Origin: a virus
Strand: one strand, 5' to 3'
Virus record (IMG/VR): IMGVR_UViG_3300010167_000860
Coordinates: 7,964 to 71,963 of that record
DNA length: 64,000 bases
In this document: piece by piece, positions 30,040 through 39,497 of the stretch
Layout: every line of letters begins with the position of its first letter
Position numbering within the stretch: position 1 is the first letter of the stretch
Notes under the pieces: generated by a model
Told to the model about the DNA's origin: nothing
The model's input: only the letters and a program-made list of their open reading frames with translations
Database searches by the model: none
Program-made: the position numbers and the translations under genes

Positions 30040-30930
30040 ATGGCATTTGGAAAAGGAACAGAAAGTGTAAGTACAGGTGATAGTAATTTTGCATTATATA
30101 CAGGAATAGCCCCTGTTAGTATAGTAGCAGTTAATCCTACACCTGAAGAATTATCTGCTATATATGGCAGAACAGTTGAGAAAATAACAGATTATACCTC
30201 TAAAAATGAAGAGGGAATTGATACCTTGAGAATAGATTTTATTCTTAAAGTGTCTGAAACTTTTGCTAAGAAAGAATTAGGTATAGAAGAACCTATATTT
30301 AGTAAATTATCTATATTTCTTTCTGGCAATGTTATGGCTAATAAAGAGAACACTAAGTTCAAAGTAATAAATAATTATGGTAAAACTCAGTGGGTTACTC
30401 AGGAAATATTTAAAGCTGGGGGGTATCCTGTGCTTAATGATGGGACTGAGATGACTAATTATTTATTACCTTATAAACCCTGTGTAAAGGGAGAAGAGGA
30501 GTTAGTAGAGTTCCTAAGGTGTTTTATAGCTATTGAAAGCCCCACTTATCAGGAAAATGATGTGTGGAAAGTTAGACCTGAAGAAGAACTTGCAAATTGT
30601 CAATGCTATTTTACTGTAGAAGAAATTAAAACATTCTTAAAAGGTAATGTAAAATTGATAAAAGACTTAGTTAGTACTGTTTCTAACAATGAAGTGGCAG
30701 TATTATTTACTGTAAAAATATCTGATGAGAATAAAAAATATCAGCAGGTATTTAACAGATTCTTTGCTAAGGCAAAAGATAGAGGATATAAAAACAGGTT
30801 TGTTGATTATATTAATAAAAATGCTCAGGCTGTACAAGGGCTGGAATATACTATACCTTTTATGAGATATGTAGAAAAGCCTGATGAGGTTATAGCCCCA
30901 GCAGTACCAACTCAACAAATGCCTTGGTAA
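30040..30930 (+). CDS. Putative single-stranded DNA-binding protein (crAss type)
   Basis: LYTGIAPVSIVAVNPT...LRIDFIL...QVINNYG-like motif; located between ATPase and primase. Confidence 0.5.
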   Translation: MAFGKGTESVSTGDSNFALYTGIAPVSIVAVNPTPEELSAIYGRTVEKITDYTSKNEEGIDTLRIDFILKVSETFAKKELGIEEPIFSKLSIFLSGNVMANKENTKFKVINNYGKTQWVTQEIFKAGGYPVLNDGTEMTNYLLPYKPCVKGEEELVEFLRCFIAIESPTYQENDVWKVRPEEELANCQCYFTVEEIKTFLKGNVKLIKDLVSTVSNNEVAVLFTVKISDENKKYQQVFNRFFAKAKDRGYKNRFVDYINKNAQAVQGLEYTIPFMRYVEKPDEVIAPAVPTQQMPW

Positions 30931-30931
30931 A

Positions 30932-31921
30932 ATGTTCTCTAAAGGTTCTTTATCATTAAGTTTACCAGAGTATATCTCTGATGAGGATATTCTAAATCAT
31001 TATTTTGGAATATCAAGGATTCCCTGTTTAATTAGCAGCCCTTTGAGGGTAGATAATAATCCTTCTTTTAAATTATTTAGAGCAAATAATCTTAGAGTTT
31101 ATTATAAGGATTTTAGTAATAATGATAAAGGGAATATTATTGATTTACTCAAAAAATACTTTAACCTTACTTATGAAAGTGTAATATTAAAATTATATAA
31201 TGAAAGTAAGAATATAGGATATAAATACAAGATAATCAATGATAAACTTAAAAGTAAAACCAGGGAACACAGTATAACTTACTCTGACATAAAAGTTAAG
31301 ACAAGAAAATGGAAAAAGTATGATATAGAATACTGGGAAAGTTATGGGATAAATTTACATACTCTAGAGTTTGGAAAGGTTTATCCTATAACTACTATTT
31401 TTGTATATAAATATGATAACACAGGCTGTTTAAAAGAATATAAAATAAATGCTGATAAATATGCCTATGTATTTGTTGAAAATAAAGATGGTATTGAAAC
31501 ATACAAAATATATCAGCCCTACAGTAAAGCCTTTAAATGGAGAAATAAGCATAATGGAAGTGTATGGAGTTTATGGACACAGTTACCTGAAAAAGGTGAT
31601 AGACTTATTATAACTTCATCAGTGAAAGATGCTTTATGTATTATAGCTAATACAGACATTCCATCTGTAAGCCTTCAATCAGAAAGTACTTTACCTAAAA
31701 AACATATAATACAGCAATTAAAAGATAGATTTGAGAAGATATATGTATTATATGATAATGACAATACAGGCATAGAGTGTGGAAGGAAACTGGCTAATGA
31801 ATATGGGTTAATATATACAGAAATACCTCAGAATTTAAGTACTAAAGATCCGTCAGACAGTTATAAACTTTATGGTAAAGAGAAGTTTATTGAAATTATA
31901 AATAAATTATTAATTAGTTAA
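30932..31921 (+). CDS. DNA primase (Toprim)
   Basis: SSPLRVDNNPSF, YKDFS, ITSSVKD, LYDNDNTG, KDPSD. Confidence 0.85.
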   Translation: MFSKGSLSLSLPEYISDEDILNHYFGISRIPCLISSPLRVDNNPSFKLFRANNLRVYYKDFSNNDKGNIIDLLKKYFNLTYESVILKLYNESKNIGYKYKIINDKLKSKTREHSITYSDIKVKTRKWKKYDIEYWESYGINLHTLEFGKVYPITTIFVYKYDNTGCLKEYKINADKYAYVFVENKDGIETYKIYQPYSKAFKWRNKHNGSVWSLWTQLPEKGDRLIITSSVKDALCIIANTDIPSVSLQSESTLPKKHIIQQLKDRFEKIYVLYDNDNTGIECGRKLANEYGLIYTEIPQNLSTKDPSDSYKLYGKEKFIEIINKLLIS

Positions 31922-31933
31922 TTAAAAGTAAAA

Positions 31934-32641
31934 ATGGAAGAACTAGTAAGTATAAAAAGAAATATTTTAGCACATTCTCCTTCAACAGGGAAAGTGATTT
32001 TTGAAACTATTGCAAGAACAGTAGGAGAATTAAAAGAAGATCTTAACAGACATGGGTTTAATTTAGATGTAAATTTTAAAGAGGATGACAGAGGGCATAA
32101 AATTGAGCATACATATAAAATAACTGAAGGACAAACCCAGGTTACATTTGAAGGTGATAATGCTTTATTACCTACTAATATAATGTATGAAGGAAGAGTA
32201 ACTAATGATTTACTTATCCTTGTAACTCCTATAAAGATTGACCATGGAATATTACCTTATAAAGAGATTAAAAGAACTCTTAAAGAAATATTTGAGGCAG
32301 TCCCTTCATTTAAAGAGCATATAAGAGATAATAGAGGTAATTGGACACAGTTTACTACTGAACAGTTAAACCAGATTCTTGATGAGTATAATAACAACTG
32401 GTCAAGTGGTAATGTAAAAGAAGAATCTTGTGAAGAACCTTGTAGAGAGTGTTCTGAAGGACACAGAGAAAAGAAAAATAAATTCTCACAAGAATATGCT
32501 ATGGAACTTATTACTGAAGGTATAAGTCTAATTAATACTGGTATTTCAGTTCTAAGTTCTCTTCTAAATCTTAAATCTATTATTCATATTTCTAATAAAG
32601 ATCTTGGAAAAATAATAGAAGAAATAAATGGAAAACAGTGA
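31934..32641 (+). CDS. Putative ubiquitin-like (beta-grasp) domain protein with C-terminal extension
   Basis: TVGELKEDL...LLPTN...LLILVTPIKIDHG; first gene of the E2-JAB-E1 cassette. Confidence 0.45.
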   Translation: MEELVSIKRNILAHSPSTGKVIFETIARTVGELKEDLNRHGFNLDVNFKEDDRGHKIEHTYKITEGQTQVTFEGDNALLPTNIMYEGRVTNDLLILVTPIKIDHGILPYKEIKRTLKEIFEAVPSFKEHIRDNRGNWTQFTTEQLNQILDEYNNNWSSGNVKEESCEEPCRECSEGHREKKNKFSQEYAMELITEGISLINTGISVLSSLLNLKSIIHISNKDLGKIIEEINGKQ

Positions 32642-33788
32642 TAATCTGTATGATATTTATATAAATAACCTGAAAGAGGGAAAATATACTATTCCCCTCT
32701 TTTGGGATATTTATAAAACTACTGTAAGGAAATATGGAGAAGATAAAGTTGATTTATTAATTACTCCTAAAAAAGAAAAGTTTGAATATGTGTGGGATAA
32801 TCTTGAGGATATAAAAACTTTTGATATACTTTGTAAATATTTTTTATGTAATAATACAGAAGTTAATTCACAAACACTTGATAACTCAGATTTCATAATT
32901 AATAACCATGGGATTATGTACATGAAAATTATTATCTATTTCCCTAAAGTAGAAATATCTAATAGTGAAGGGAGAAAACATAAAATCTATGATATTTATG
33001 TTAAGTTCACATTTGATGATAACTGTGCTTTAAAAAGGAAACCTGGTTTTATGAGATCCACTTATACTCCTGAAGAATTTAATATAAATTATGCACATTC
33101 TCACATCAGTACTTCTTATGTATCAAGTTTAAAAAATAGAGGAATTCTTTGGGGAGAAGCCTGTTTTGGAGGGGGTACTACTATAAACAGCCTTTTAACA
33201 CAGTGGCAGTGTAATAGTCATAAATTATACATTGAGCAGTGGATGCAGGTACTTATTACAATAGATATATTTTTAGAATGGGAAAGTTTAGAAGGAGGTC
33301 CTTATGTTAAAATGGAATATATACAGAGGGATAGATCTCTTAATTATCCCCGTGATTTAAGTAATTATATTAGAATATATGAAGATACTATTAAATGTAT
33401 ATTAGAGAAAATATTAAATGAATATATTTCAATAAAAATATGCTCTGATAAAAAGGGATTTTTGTATATAGATTTAGTTAAAGATAGGGATGGTTTAGAA
33501 GATAGATTTCTCAAAGAGTGGTTAAAAATACATAATTTTATCCCTGAGGCTTTTATATGCAGGAAATATAAAGATAGGCTTAGTACCAGGTATTATAATA
33601 CTATTAGGGATACTTCAACAAATGTGTTGGATTTAGAATTATTTCAATTTAAAAATAAGCCTGTTAAATTAAAATTTATAAAAAATCAGGAGGAAAATAT
33701 GGACAAATACTGTATTATTCCTATGATTTTAAATGGGTTTTTAGAAAATCTTAAAAATAAGTTAAATGATAGAAGAAAAGTTTTTTAA
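32628..33788 (+). CDS. Prokaryotic E2 (UBC)-like protein
   Basis: YAHSHI...WGEACFGGGT (His...Cys pattern) and ESLEGGPY; adjacent to JAB and E1. Confidence 0.55.
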   Translation: MENSDNLYDIYINNLKEGKYTIPLFWDIYKTTVRKYGEDKVDLLITPKKEKFEYVWDNLEDIKTFDILCKYFLCNNTEVNSQTLDNSDFIINNHGIMYMKIIIYFPKVEISNSEGRKHKIYDIYVKFTFDDNCALKRKPGFMRSTYTPEEFNINYAHSHISTSYVSSLKNRGILWGEACFGGGTTINSLLTQWQCNSHKLYIEQWMQVLITIDIFLEWESLEGGPYVKMEYIQRDRSLNYPRDLSNYIRIYEDTIKCILEKILNEYISIKICSDKKGFLYIDLVKDRDGLEDRFLKEWLKIHNFIPEAFICRKYKDRLSTRYYNTIRDTSTNVLDLELFQFKNKPVKLKFIKNQEENMDKYCIIPMILNGFLENLKNKLNDRRKVF

Positions 33789-34917
33789 AAAGAGTTTACC
33801 TGAGTTAATTGATAAAAATGAAGTGTTTACATTATATATACCTAAAACTGTTTCAAATAAAATACAGTATGTCTGTGATGAAATTCCTAATAATGAATGG
33901 TCAGGAATACTGTTTTATAAATATGAAGGCAGTCTTTTAGATATAAATAATTTAAGAGCAGAGGTTGTTGATATATTACCTTTGGATATAGGTTCAGCAG
34001 GATTTACTTCTAATGAATTTCCTAAGGAATACAGTGAGTTTTTATTGAAAAATCCTCATATGATGGAGTATAATCATGGAATAGTGCATTCACATAATAA
34101 TATGGGAGTATTTTTCTCAGGTACTGATAATGAAGCATTAGCTAAAATTTCTGACCAATATGCGGGGTTAATATCTCTTATAGTGAATAATAAAGGGGAA
34201 TATTGTGCTAAATTAGGAGTATATATAAAAGCAGACAGGGTAGATAATATTACTGTAAGGGATATAGATTATAAAGATAAAGTTTTATCTGAAAATGTGA
34301 GTGTAGGTTATGTAAAAGTTTATAATGCTAAAATTGAAAAAGAAGTTATTAATGTAGATCTTAGTTTTCAAAATAGAATATATAATCTTAGAGTTAATTC
34401 TGAGTTACAGAATGCAAATAAAGAAAGAAATCTTTTTAATCAGGGGGGGTTTTATAATAATCCTGATACTCCTTCAAGATGGATAAATCCCAAAGTAGAT
34501 GATAAATTACCTGTACCTCTTAAAAATAAAAAAGAAGATAGTATAGATATATGTACAGAAGATGTAGATTATATAAATTTTATATGTAAAGTTATATCTT
34601 TTAATCCTTTTCTTGATTCTGATTGTTATGATTTTGAAGAGGATTTTAATATAGCAATAAGCGCTTATAAGGGAAAAGATGTTTTAAATGAAGGTGTAAT
34701 AAATAATATTAACTCTGTTCTGAGATTAATTCTTTATAATAATACAGCAAATCCCTTTGAGATAAAGGATATGTGTAAATATCTTATACTTGAACTTGAA
34801 GAATTAGAGCTAAAAAGGATATATAAAGGAAATGTTAAAGAACTTATTAAATCATTGATAACTACTTTTAGTAGGTATTTAGAGAATTATAATGCGCCAA
34901 TAAACTTTAGTGAATAG
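33766..34917 (+). CDS. JAB/MPN metalloprotease
   Basis: NNEWSG (catalytic Glu) and GIVHSHNNMGVFFSGTD = HxH-x7-S-xx-D. Confidence 0.8.
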   Translation: MIEEKFFKKSLPELIDKNEVFTLYIPKTVSNKIQYVCDEIPNNEWSGILFYKYEGSLLDINNLRAEVVDILPLDIGSAGFTSNEFPKEYSEFLLKNPHMMEYNHGIVHSHNNMGVFFSGTDNEALAKISDQYAGLISLIVNNKGEYCAKLGVYIKADRVDNITVRDIDYKDKVLSENVSVGYVKVYNAKIEKEVINVDLSFQNRIYNLRVNSELQNANKERNLFNQGGFYNNPDTPSRWINPKVDDKLPVPLKNKKEDSIDICTEDVDYINFICKVISFNPFLDSDCYDFEEDFNIAISAYKGKDVLNEGVINNINSVLRLILYNNTANPFEIKDMCKYLILELEELELKRIYKGNVKELIKSLITTFSRYLENYNAPINFSE

Positions 34918-36064
34918 TATGGATTTAGATGAATTAATAAGAAGTGTAATAGGAGAAAATACAGCAGCACCCTCTTATAATCTTGGAGTTGAATCTGTAA
35001 ATCCTGTAGAAATTGAAGAAACTATAGAAACTATTGCTGAAGTTGTTGAAGAGGAACACAGTATAATTAATATATCTGATGAAGAACTTGAGAATAGGAT
35101 AAGGGAAATTAACTCTACTATACCTGTAAACACTGTTCCTGAAAATACTGTAGAAGAATTAGAAGATAATACTGAAGAGGAAGAAGAGGAAGAAGATTAT
35201 TATGATTATCCAGAAGAGGAAGAGGAAGAAGAAGAAACAGTAGAAACAATAAATCCTGAAGTTGATGAGTATAATATACCATTAGCAAGTACAGACGTTA
35301 TTCAAAGTATAGAAAATCAATCTCAGGAAGGAATACAGGATAATTTAATAAGATTTAGCAGTGCTTCATGGTTTGATGTTGTGCAGGAACAGGAAATAAT
35401 ATTAGCAGGATTAGGGGGTATAGGTGGATATGTGAGCTTCCTGTTAAGCAGATTAAACCCTAAGAACCTTATTTTATTTGATAATGATCTGTTTGAAGCT
35501 CATAATTTAGGGGGCCAGCTCTGTAGAACTACTGATATTCAAGAATATAAAGTCCGTGTAGCATCAAATATAGCTCAAGATTTTAGCAGTTATTATGATA
35601 TATCTGATATTAGTAGAAAATATGTTGAAGGGGAAATTACAAGGAATATTATGATATGTGGATTTGATAATATGCAAGCAAGGAAAGTATTCTTTGAAAG
35701 TTGGCTTAAAAGAGTAAGATTAGTAGGAGCAGAAGAAGCTAAGAAATGTCTTTATTTAGATGGGAGACTATTAGCTGAAACCTTTCAAATATTCTGTGTA
35801 AGAGGAGATAGAGAGGATTATATAGAGAATTATCAAACCAGACATTTATTTGGAGAAGGAGTTGCTGTAGGTACTACCTGTACTTTAAAGCAGACCTCCC
35901 ATATAGCTATGATGATAGCAAGTAAGATGGTAACATACCTTGTTAATCATTGTAATAATATAAACCCTGATAATTTTCCAAGAAGGTATCCTTACTATAC
36001 TCACTATGATGCAACTTTTAATATAATAGAGGAGGTGTACGAAGATGTTAACAAAGTATATTAA
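34910..36064 (+). CDS. ThiF/E1-like activating enzyme with long acidic N-terminus
   Basis: LAGLGGIGG, FDND, HNLGGQ, CGFDNMQARK, YLDGRL, TCTLKQTSH. Confidence 0.88.
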   Translation: MNSMDLDELIRSVIGENTAAPSYNLGVESVNPVEIEETIETIAEVVEEEHSIINISDEELENRIREINSTIPVNTVPENTVEELEDNTEEEEEEEDYYDYPEEEEEEEETVETINPEVDEYNIPLASTDVIQSIENQSQEGIQDNLIRFSSASWFDVVQEQEIILAGLGGIGGYVSFLLSRLNPKNLILFDNDLFEAHNLGGQLCRTTDIQEYKVRVASNIAQDFSSYYDISDISRKYVEGEITRNIMICGFDNMQARKVFFESWLKRVRLVGAEEAKKCLYLDGRLLAETFQIFCVRGDREDYIENYQTRHLFGEGVAVGTTCTLKQTSHIAMMIASKMVTYLVNHCNNINPDNFPRRYPYYTHYDATFNIIEEVYEDVNKVY

Positions 36065-37045
36065 TATCTATGCTAATGTAGATCTTACAGCCAGCTATGG
36101 TACAAATAGAATTGTTCATAAATGTGATTATACTAAATTACTCACATTAAAGGATATTACTTACTCAGATATATTAAATAATACTGATAAATTTTACACT
36201 CTAATTGCTAAAACTATTGAGAATCTTTTTATAGGAAGTAGGGAACTGGCTGTTTCTAGAAAAACTTTTGTTGATGTATTTATGTACAGTCAGTTACTTG
36301 TAAAAATAAATGTAAAAGGTTCTAAATATATTATAACAAGAGGTATTATTATGGATAATAATTTTAATATCCTTTTAGCTATTATGACTAGGAAGAATAT
36401 TTTAGAAGGTATTGATGCAAGTAATAGAAGACTTCTTTGGCAGAGACTCATAGATATAAAAGATTTAATAGTTTTTGTGAACAGAAGTTTTTATACAGTA
36501 AAAAGAACTAAATCTGATATAGTAATGAACTTTATGAAAAATGTAATAATGAATAGTATGGAGAATAATATTGAAGTGAGAGTAGTAGATAAAATAAGTT
36601 GTTTTACTGTACCTGAGGTTTATACTACAGATATTGGGAATCCTATCTCTATTGATATTATTAAAGAAATAAATGTTGTATGAAAAATGTAAATTTAAAA
36701 AAAGAAATAGAAGAAAATTTAGATAGATTGGGGAGGAATTGTTGTGTAAACTGTTTACCTCCTGAAATTTATGAAGAATTTCTTCATCATAATCCAAGAG
36801 AACTTTTTGATATATATGCTAAAAGATGTGCTTTATTCTTTAACAAAGATTCCAATAAGCATATAAAGAAAGAACCTGAGTTATGGTATATAAATACTCC
36901 TTGTCTAAGTGTAAGAAAGTATAATGAAAATCCTAAGAAAATTCCAAGATGGAAATTAAGGTTTTATCCTTTCTTTAGAAGTCAGGCAGAAGCAATAGCC
37001 ACAGTAATATTTCTAAGAGATATTTATAAAAAGGCAAATGAATAG
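36045..37045 (+). CDS. Two hypothetical proteins (36045-36683, 36680-37045)
   Basis: ORF track; ATGA-coupled. Confidence 0.55.
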
Positions 37046-37502
37046 GAAGATAGCTAATGCTGCCCAGATTAAAGTAGATAATATAAAGTTTCAATCAAAA
37101 CTTGAAGCTAAGTGTTATACTTTACTAAAAGAAGCAGGTCTGAAATTTGATTATGAAAAGTATATAATTACTCTATTTGAAGGTTTCAGACCTACTTTTA
37201 AAATATATGAAGTGAAAAATAAGGTATTCAAAGAAAAGAAAAGTAAAATAGGCTCTCCTCTTATAAGAGATATTACTTATACCCCAGATTTTGTATATAT
37301 AGATGATAAAAGATATATTATTATAGAAACTAAGGGATTTAAGAATGATACTTATCCTTATAAGAAGAAATTGTTATTTAGAGTGCTGGAGAATAAGAAA
37401 AAAGACAGGGATGTATATTTCTTTGAACCTAATAATATCACCTCAATAAAGGCTACTATAGATACTATAAAGGATATTCTAAGTAGTGATGATATTAATT
37501 AA
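37038..37502 (+). CDS. PD-(D/E)xK endonuclease (endonuclease I / resolvase-like)
   Basis: FQSKLE...YTPDF...IIETKG. Confidence 0.75.
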   Translation: MNRKIANAAQIKVDNIKFQSKLEAKCYTLLKEAGLKFDYEKYIITLFEGFRPTFKIYEVKNKVFKEKKSKIGSPLIRDITYTPDFVYIDDKRYIIIETKGFKNDTYPYKKKLLFRVLENKKKDRDVYFFEPNNITSIKATIDTIKDILSSDDIN

Positions 37503-37513
37503 TAAAATATATT

Positions 37514-38542
37514 ATGAAGAGTTTTAAAGAATTGTGTTTAGAAATAACAGAAAATCAGTATAGAGAATTAAATGCTATAAATTATTCCTTATTATCAAGA
37601 TATAGTCAGAATGGAGTAAGAGCTTTAAAAGAGGATATTTCTCTTGAAGGTCCTGGAATAACCTTTGGAAGTATGGTAGATACCCTTATAACTAATAAGG
37701 AGGCTTTTAATGATCTTTATTATGTATCTGATGTATTTGTTACCCCAGGTATAAAACAGATTGTAGATTATATTGTATCTACAACTAGTTATCAATGTGA
37801 TATTAATAGTATTCCTGAAGAGGTTTTAATTTATGCAATAGAAGCCTGTGATTGGCAACCTAACTGGAAAATTGAGACTAAAATTAAAAAGGTATTATCA
37901 GAAGGAAGGGATTACTATAAAGCAAGGATAGCAGCTATAAATAAAATTCCTGTCAGTAATTTTGATTTTAAAGAGGCTATGGAACTGTGTAAAGAAATTA
38001 CTCAGGGAATGTGGACTAAAAATATATTTGGGATTAAGGGCAAAGAAGGGGTAGAATTTCTATACCAGCAAAAGATGAAATATACCCATGAGATGTGGAA
38101 TTTATACGGACCATCAGGTAAATTTATAGATTTAAAGGCAATGATAGACATTATTATAGTTGATCATAATAACAAGATTATTATTCCTTTTGACATAAAA
38201 ACTACAAGCAGCAGTCTGTATAATTTTAAGAAATCCTTCTATAAGTACAGATATGATATACAAGCGCAGTTATATAATTATATCCTTGAGAAAAAGTGTG
38301 TTAATGATGATTATTTTAAAGATTTTAGTTTGTTAGATATAAGGTTTATTGTAGCAAGCAGGGAAGATATGAAAGTAGTATCTTTTATAGATGATTCTGA
38401 ACAGGGTGTTTATGAAAATAATTTTAAACATTGGTCAGATTTATTAAAAGAGATAGTATTTCTTAAAACTAATGGTATGGAGTATGAATATGATGCTTAT
38501 ATAAATGAAGGTTTAATTAAATTAAATGCAAATGACAGATAA
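37514..38542 (+). CDS. PD-(D/E)xK exonuclease (RecE/Exo VIII-like)
   Basis: YSLLS, FGSMVD, KAMIDII, DIKTT, YDIQAQLY. Confidence 0.75.
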   Translation: MKSFKELCLEITENQYRELNAINYSLLSRYSQNGVRALKEDISLEGPGITFGSMVDTLITNKEAFNDLYYVSDVFVTPGIKQIVDYIVSTTSYQCDINSIPEEVLIYAIEACDWQPNWKIETKIKKVLSEGRDYYKARIAAINKIPVSNFDFKEAMELCKEITQGMWTKNIFGIKGKEGVEFLYQQKMKYTHEMWNLYGPSGKFIDLKAMIDIIIVDHNNKIIIPFDIKTTSSSLYNFKKSFYKYRYDIQAQLYNYILEKKCVNDDYFKDFSLLDIRFIVASREDMKVVSFIDDSEQGVYENNFKHWSDLLKEIVFLKTNGMEYEYDAYINEGLIKLNANDR

Positions 38543-39047
38543 GGACAGATTAGCAAAGGTTTTTAGAGGTAATTATTTAGCAGCAGAAAAGTATATTGAA
38601 AGGCAAAATAATAAAAAACAGTTATTATCATTCTATGAAGTTCCTAAAAGACCTGATGTTTTAAAATCTGAAGTTCATATAAAACATTGTATGGATAAGA
38701 AATATGCTGTAGTTATGGGATTATATCAAAATAAGCCCTATGAAATATTTGTAAGAGATATTACTGATTTCCCTATAGTTAAAAGAAAGTTTATAGGGAA
38801 AACAACAAGAGTAAGAAAAAATAGATATGATTTTATAGCTGATGATGATTCATTAATTTTAAGATGTTTAGATGATAATAAAGATAAAGAACTTATTATT
38901 TGCTGTGCATTTGTTTCTATGTTATTAAGGCATAATTGTAATATAAAACTGATTAATAAAACTATTAGTCAATTGTGGGGTAATAGCCACAAACTGTGGG
39001 AAGCTTCAATAAGAAGAACCCTGAATAAATTTGTAAAGAGTAAATAA
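38526..39047 (+). CDS. Protein resembling the C-terminal domain of class II ribonucleotide reductase
   Basis: PKRPDVL...VVMGLYQNKPYEIF and VSMLLRH; no catalytic core present. Confidence 0.5.
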   Translation: MQMTDKDRLAKVFRGNYLAAEKYIERQNNKKQLLSFYEVPKRPDVLKSEVHIKHCMDKKYAVVMGLYQNKPYEIFVRDITDFPIVKRKFIGKTTRVRKNRYDFIADDDSLILRCLDDNKDKELIICCAFVSMLLRHNCNIKLINKTISQLWGNSHKLWEASIRRTLNKFVKSK

Positions 39048-39497
39048 ATGGTAGAAAAAATAAAATGGGAATCCATAGATATAGAGAAGGAAATTTTCTT
39101 TGAAACAGGTTTATCTCTTATCAAGATAAATATATATGATAAAGATTATTTATTTCTTGTAGATACAGGGGCTAATGATTGTATCATAGATACAGATGCT
39201 GTAAAAGAATTAGGTCCTAATATAGAACTTGTAGAAACTGATAATATGTTAAAAGGATTTGAAAGTAATATGCAATTAAAAGAGGTAAATATTCCTGTTA
39301 AAGTAGCTAATATTGATGAAACAATGCTTTTTAGTGTGTTAAGTCTTGATAATATTAATGAATATTTTAATGAAAAAAATGGAGTAATCACCGGTATAAT
39401 AGGCAGTAATTTTCTTAGATATTTTGCATTAATTATTGATTTTCATCAGTTAAAACTATGGTATCCTGTTAAATATATGGAAGAAGAAGATTTATGA
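39048..39497 (+). CDS. Retropepsin-like aspartyl protease
   Basis: FLVDTGA and GIIGSNFL. Confidence 0.8.
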   Translation: MVEKIKWESIDIEKEIFFETGLSLIKINIYDKDYLFLVDTGANDCIIDTDAVKELGPNIELVETDNMLKGFESNMQLKEVNIPVKVANIDETMLFSVLSLDNINEYFNEKNGVITGIIGSNFLRYFALIIDFHQLKLWYPVKYMEEEDL

